Notes under the pieces: generated by a model | Database searches by the model: none | Told to the model about the DNA's origin: nothing | The model's input: only the letters and a program-made list of their open reading frames with translations | Assembly: GCA_002269645.1 (NCBI GenBank) | Contig: NIVC01000445.1 | Span: 186,001 to 250,000, forward strand | DNA: 64,000 bases | Reading direction: 5' to 3' | From: Macrostomum lignano | Taxonomy: Eukaryota | Shown: positions 61,820 to 64,000 of the stretch, one piece after another | Position numbering within the stretch: position 1 is the stretch's first letter | How the letters are laid out: each line of letters starts with the position of its first letter | Position numbers and translations under genes: made by a program

Positions 61820-64000
61820 GAGGCTTCTATGATTGTTTGCATGACGCTTCTATGATTTTACCATGACGCTTCTATTATTGTTTGCATGACGCTTCTATGA
61901 TTTTTACATGACGCAACTATGATTTTTTAAATGACGCTTTTATGATTTTTTACATGACGCTTTTATGATTTTTTACATGACGCTTCTATGCTTGTTTACA
62001 TGACGCTTCTATGCTTATTTACATGACGCTTCTATGATTGTTTACATGACGCTTCTATGATTGTTTACATGACTCTTCTATGATTGTTTACATGAAGCTT
62101 CTATGATTGTTTACATGACGCTTCTATGATTTTTTACATGACGCTTCTATGATTGTTTACATGACGCTTCTATGATTGTTTACATGACGCTTCTATGGTT
62201 TTTTTATGACGCTTCTATGATTGTTTACATGACGCTTCTATGATTGTTTACATGACGCTTCTTTGATTTTTACATGACGCTTCTATGCTTGTTTACATGA
62301 CGCTTCTTTGATTTTTTTACATGACGCTTCTATGATTGTTTACATGACGCTTCTATGATTGTTTACATGACGCTTCTTTGATTTTTACATGACGCTTCTA
62401 TGCTTGTTTACATGACGCTTCTTTGATTTTTTTACATGACGCTTCTATGATTTTTACATGACGCTTCTATGATTGTTTACATGACGCTTCTATGATTTTT
62501 TACATGACGCTTTTATGCTTTTTTTACATGACGCTTCTATGATTTTTTCATGACGCTTCTATGATTGTTTACATGACGCTTTTATGCTTTTTTTAGATGA
62601 CGCTTCTATGATTTTTTCATGACGCTTCTATGATTGTTTACATGACGCTTCTATGATTGTTTACATGACGCTTCTATGATTTTTTACATGACGCTTCTAT
62701 GATTTTTACATGACGCTTCTATGATTTTTACATGACGCTTCTATGATTTTTTCATGACGCTTCTATGATTTTTACATGACGCTTCTATGATTGTTTACAT
62801 GACGCTTCTATGATTTTTACTTGACGCTTCTATGATTTTTACATGACGCTTCTATGATTTTTACATGACGCTTTTATGATTTTTTACATGACGCTTCTAC
62901 GATTTTGGCAGGACGATTCTATGATTTTACATGACGCTTCTATGATTTTTTACATGACGCTTCTATGATTGTTTCATGACGCTTCTATGATTTTTACATG
63001 ATGCTTCTACGATTTCTGCAGGACGCTTCTATGATTTTTACATGACGCTTCCATGATTTTTTACATGACACTTCTATGATTTTTTGCATGACGCTTCCAT
63101 GATTTTTTCATGACGCTTCTGTGATTGTTTATATGACGCTTCTATGCTTTTTATATGACGCTTCTATGATTGTTTACATGACGCTTCTATGCTTTTTATA
63201 TGACGATTCTATGATTTTTACATGACGCTTCTATGATTTTTACATGACGTTTCTATGATTTTTTCATGACGCTCCTATGTTTTTTTCATGACGCTTCTAT
63301 GATTTTTTCATGACGCTTCTATGATTTTTACATGACGCTACTATGATTTTTACATGACGCTTCCATGATTTTTTACATGACGCTTCTATGCTTTTTACAT
63401 GACGCTTCTATGATTATTTCATGACGCTTCTACGATATCTGCAGGACGCTTCTATGATTGTTTACATGACGCTTCTATGATTTTTACATGACGCTACTAT
63501 GATTTTTACATGACGCTTCCATGATTTTTTACATGACGCTTCTATGCTTTTTACATGACGCTTCTATGATTATTTCATGACGCTTCTACGATATCTGCAG
63601 GACGCTTCTATGATTGTTTACATGACGCTTCTATGATTTTTACATGACGCTTCTATGATTTTTTCATGACGCTCCTATGTTTTTTTCATGACGCTTCTAT
63701 GATTTTTTCATGACGCTTCTATGATTTTTTACATGACGCTTCTATGATTTTTTACATGACGCTTCCATGATTTTTTACATGACACTTCTATGATTTTTTC
63801 ATGACGCTTCTATGATTTTTACATGACGCTTCCATGATTTTTTACATGACACTTCTATGATTTTTTGCATGACGCTTCCCTGATTGTTTACATGACGCTT
63901 CTTTGATTTTTTACATGACGCTTCTATGATTGTTTACATGACGCTTCTATGATTTTTTACATGACGCTTCTATGATTGTTTACATGACGCTTCTATGATT
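61820..64000. repeat. 22-24-bp satellite (ACATGACGCTTCTATGATT(G)TTT)n, cargo of unit F
   Basis: Direct reading. Confidence 0.97.

Larger units (their letters stand above)
60205..64000 (-). mobile_element. Non-autonomous Helitron H2, unit F (3' part; runs off the window)
   Basis: 3' hairpin CCCC-AAC-GGGGGG with the terminal CTAG changed to CTAT; cargo homologous to unit D 46720-48830. Confidence 0.7.

Overview
Eukaryotic, repeat-dense animal DNA. GC/Ala-rich exons, minisatellite-filled introns, a USP gene and TTAGGG repeats suggest a Macrostomum-like flatworm (inference, not verified). Two spliced host genes lie on the minus strand: a two-finger GATA1/2/3-type transcription factor (8951-~14045) and a two-exon universal stress protein (22398-29733). 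The USP intron holds an apparently full-length, sense-oriented RTE-type LINE. That element carries a candidate HDV-like ribozyme at its 5' end, a 2A-like VEKNPGP motif, four C-terminal zinc fingers and a (GAA)n tail. A LOA-clade LINE (ORF1 + APE-RT-RNase H) sits inside a 23-bp satellite (52348-58236). The dominant structure is two head-to-tail chains of non-autonomous rolling-circle-type elements: Helentron-like at 1-8239 and canonical TC...hairpin-CTAG Helitrons at 35095->64000. Their units share one layout (conserved core, tRNA-like Pol III cassette, swappable tandem-repeat cargo, terminus). All seven complete units measure about 3.66-4.10 kb despite very different contents. All calls come from manual reading; no database searches or folding programs were run.
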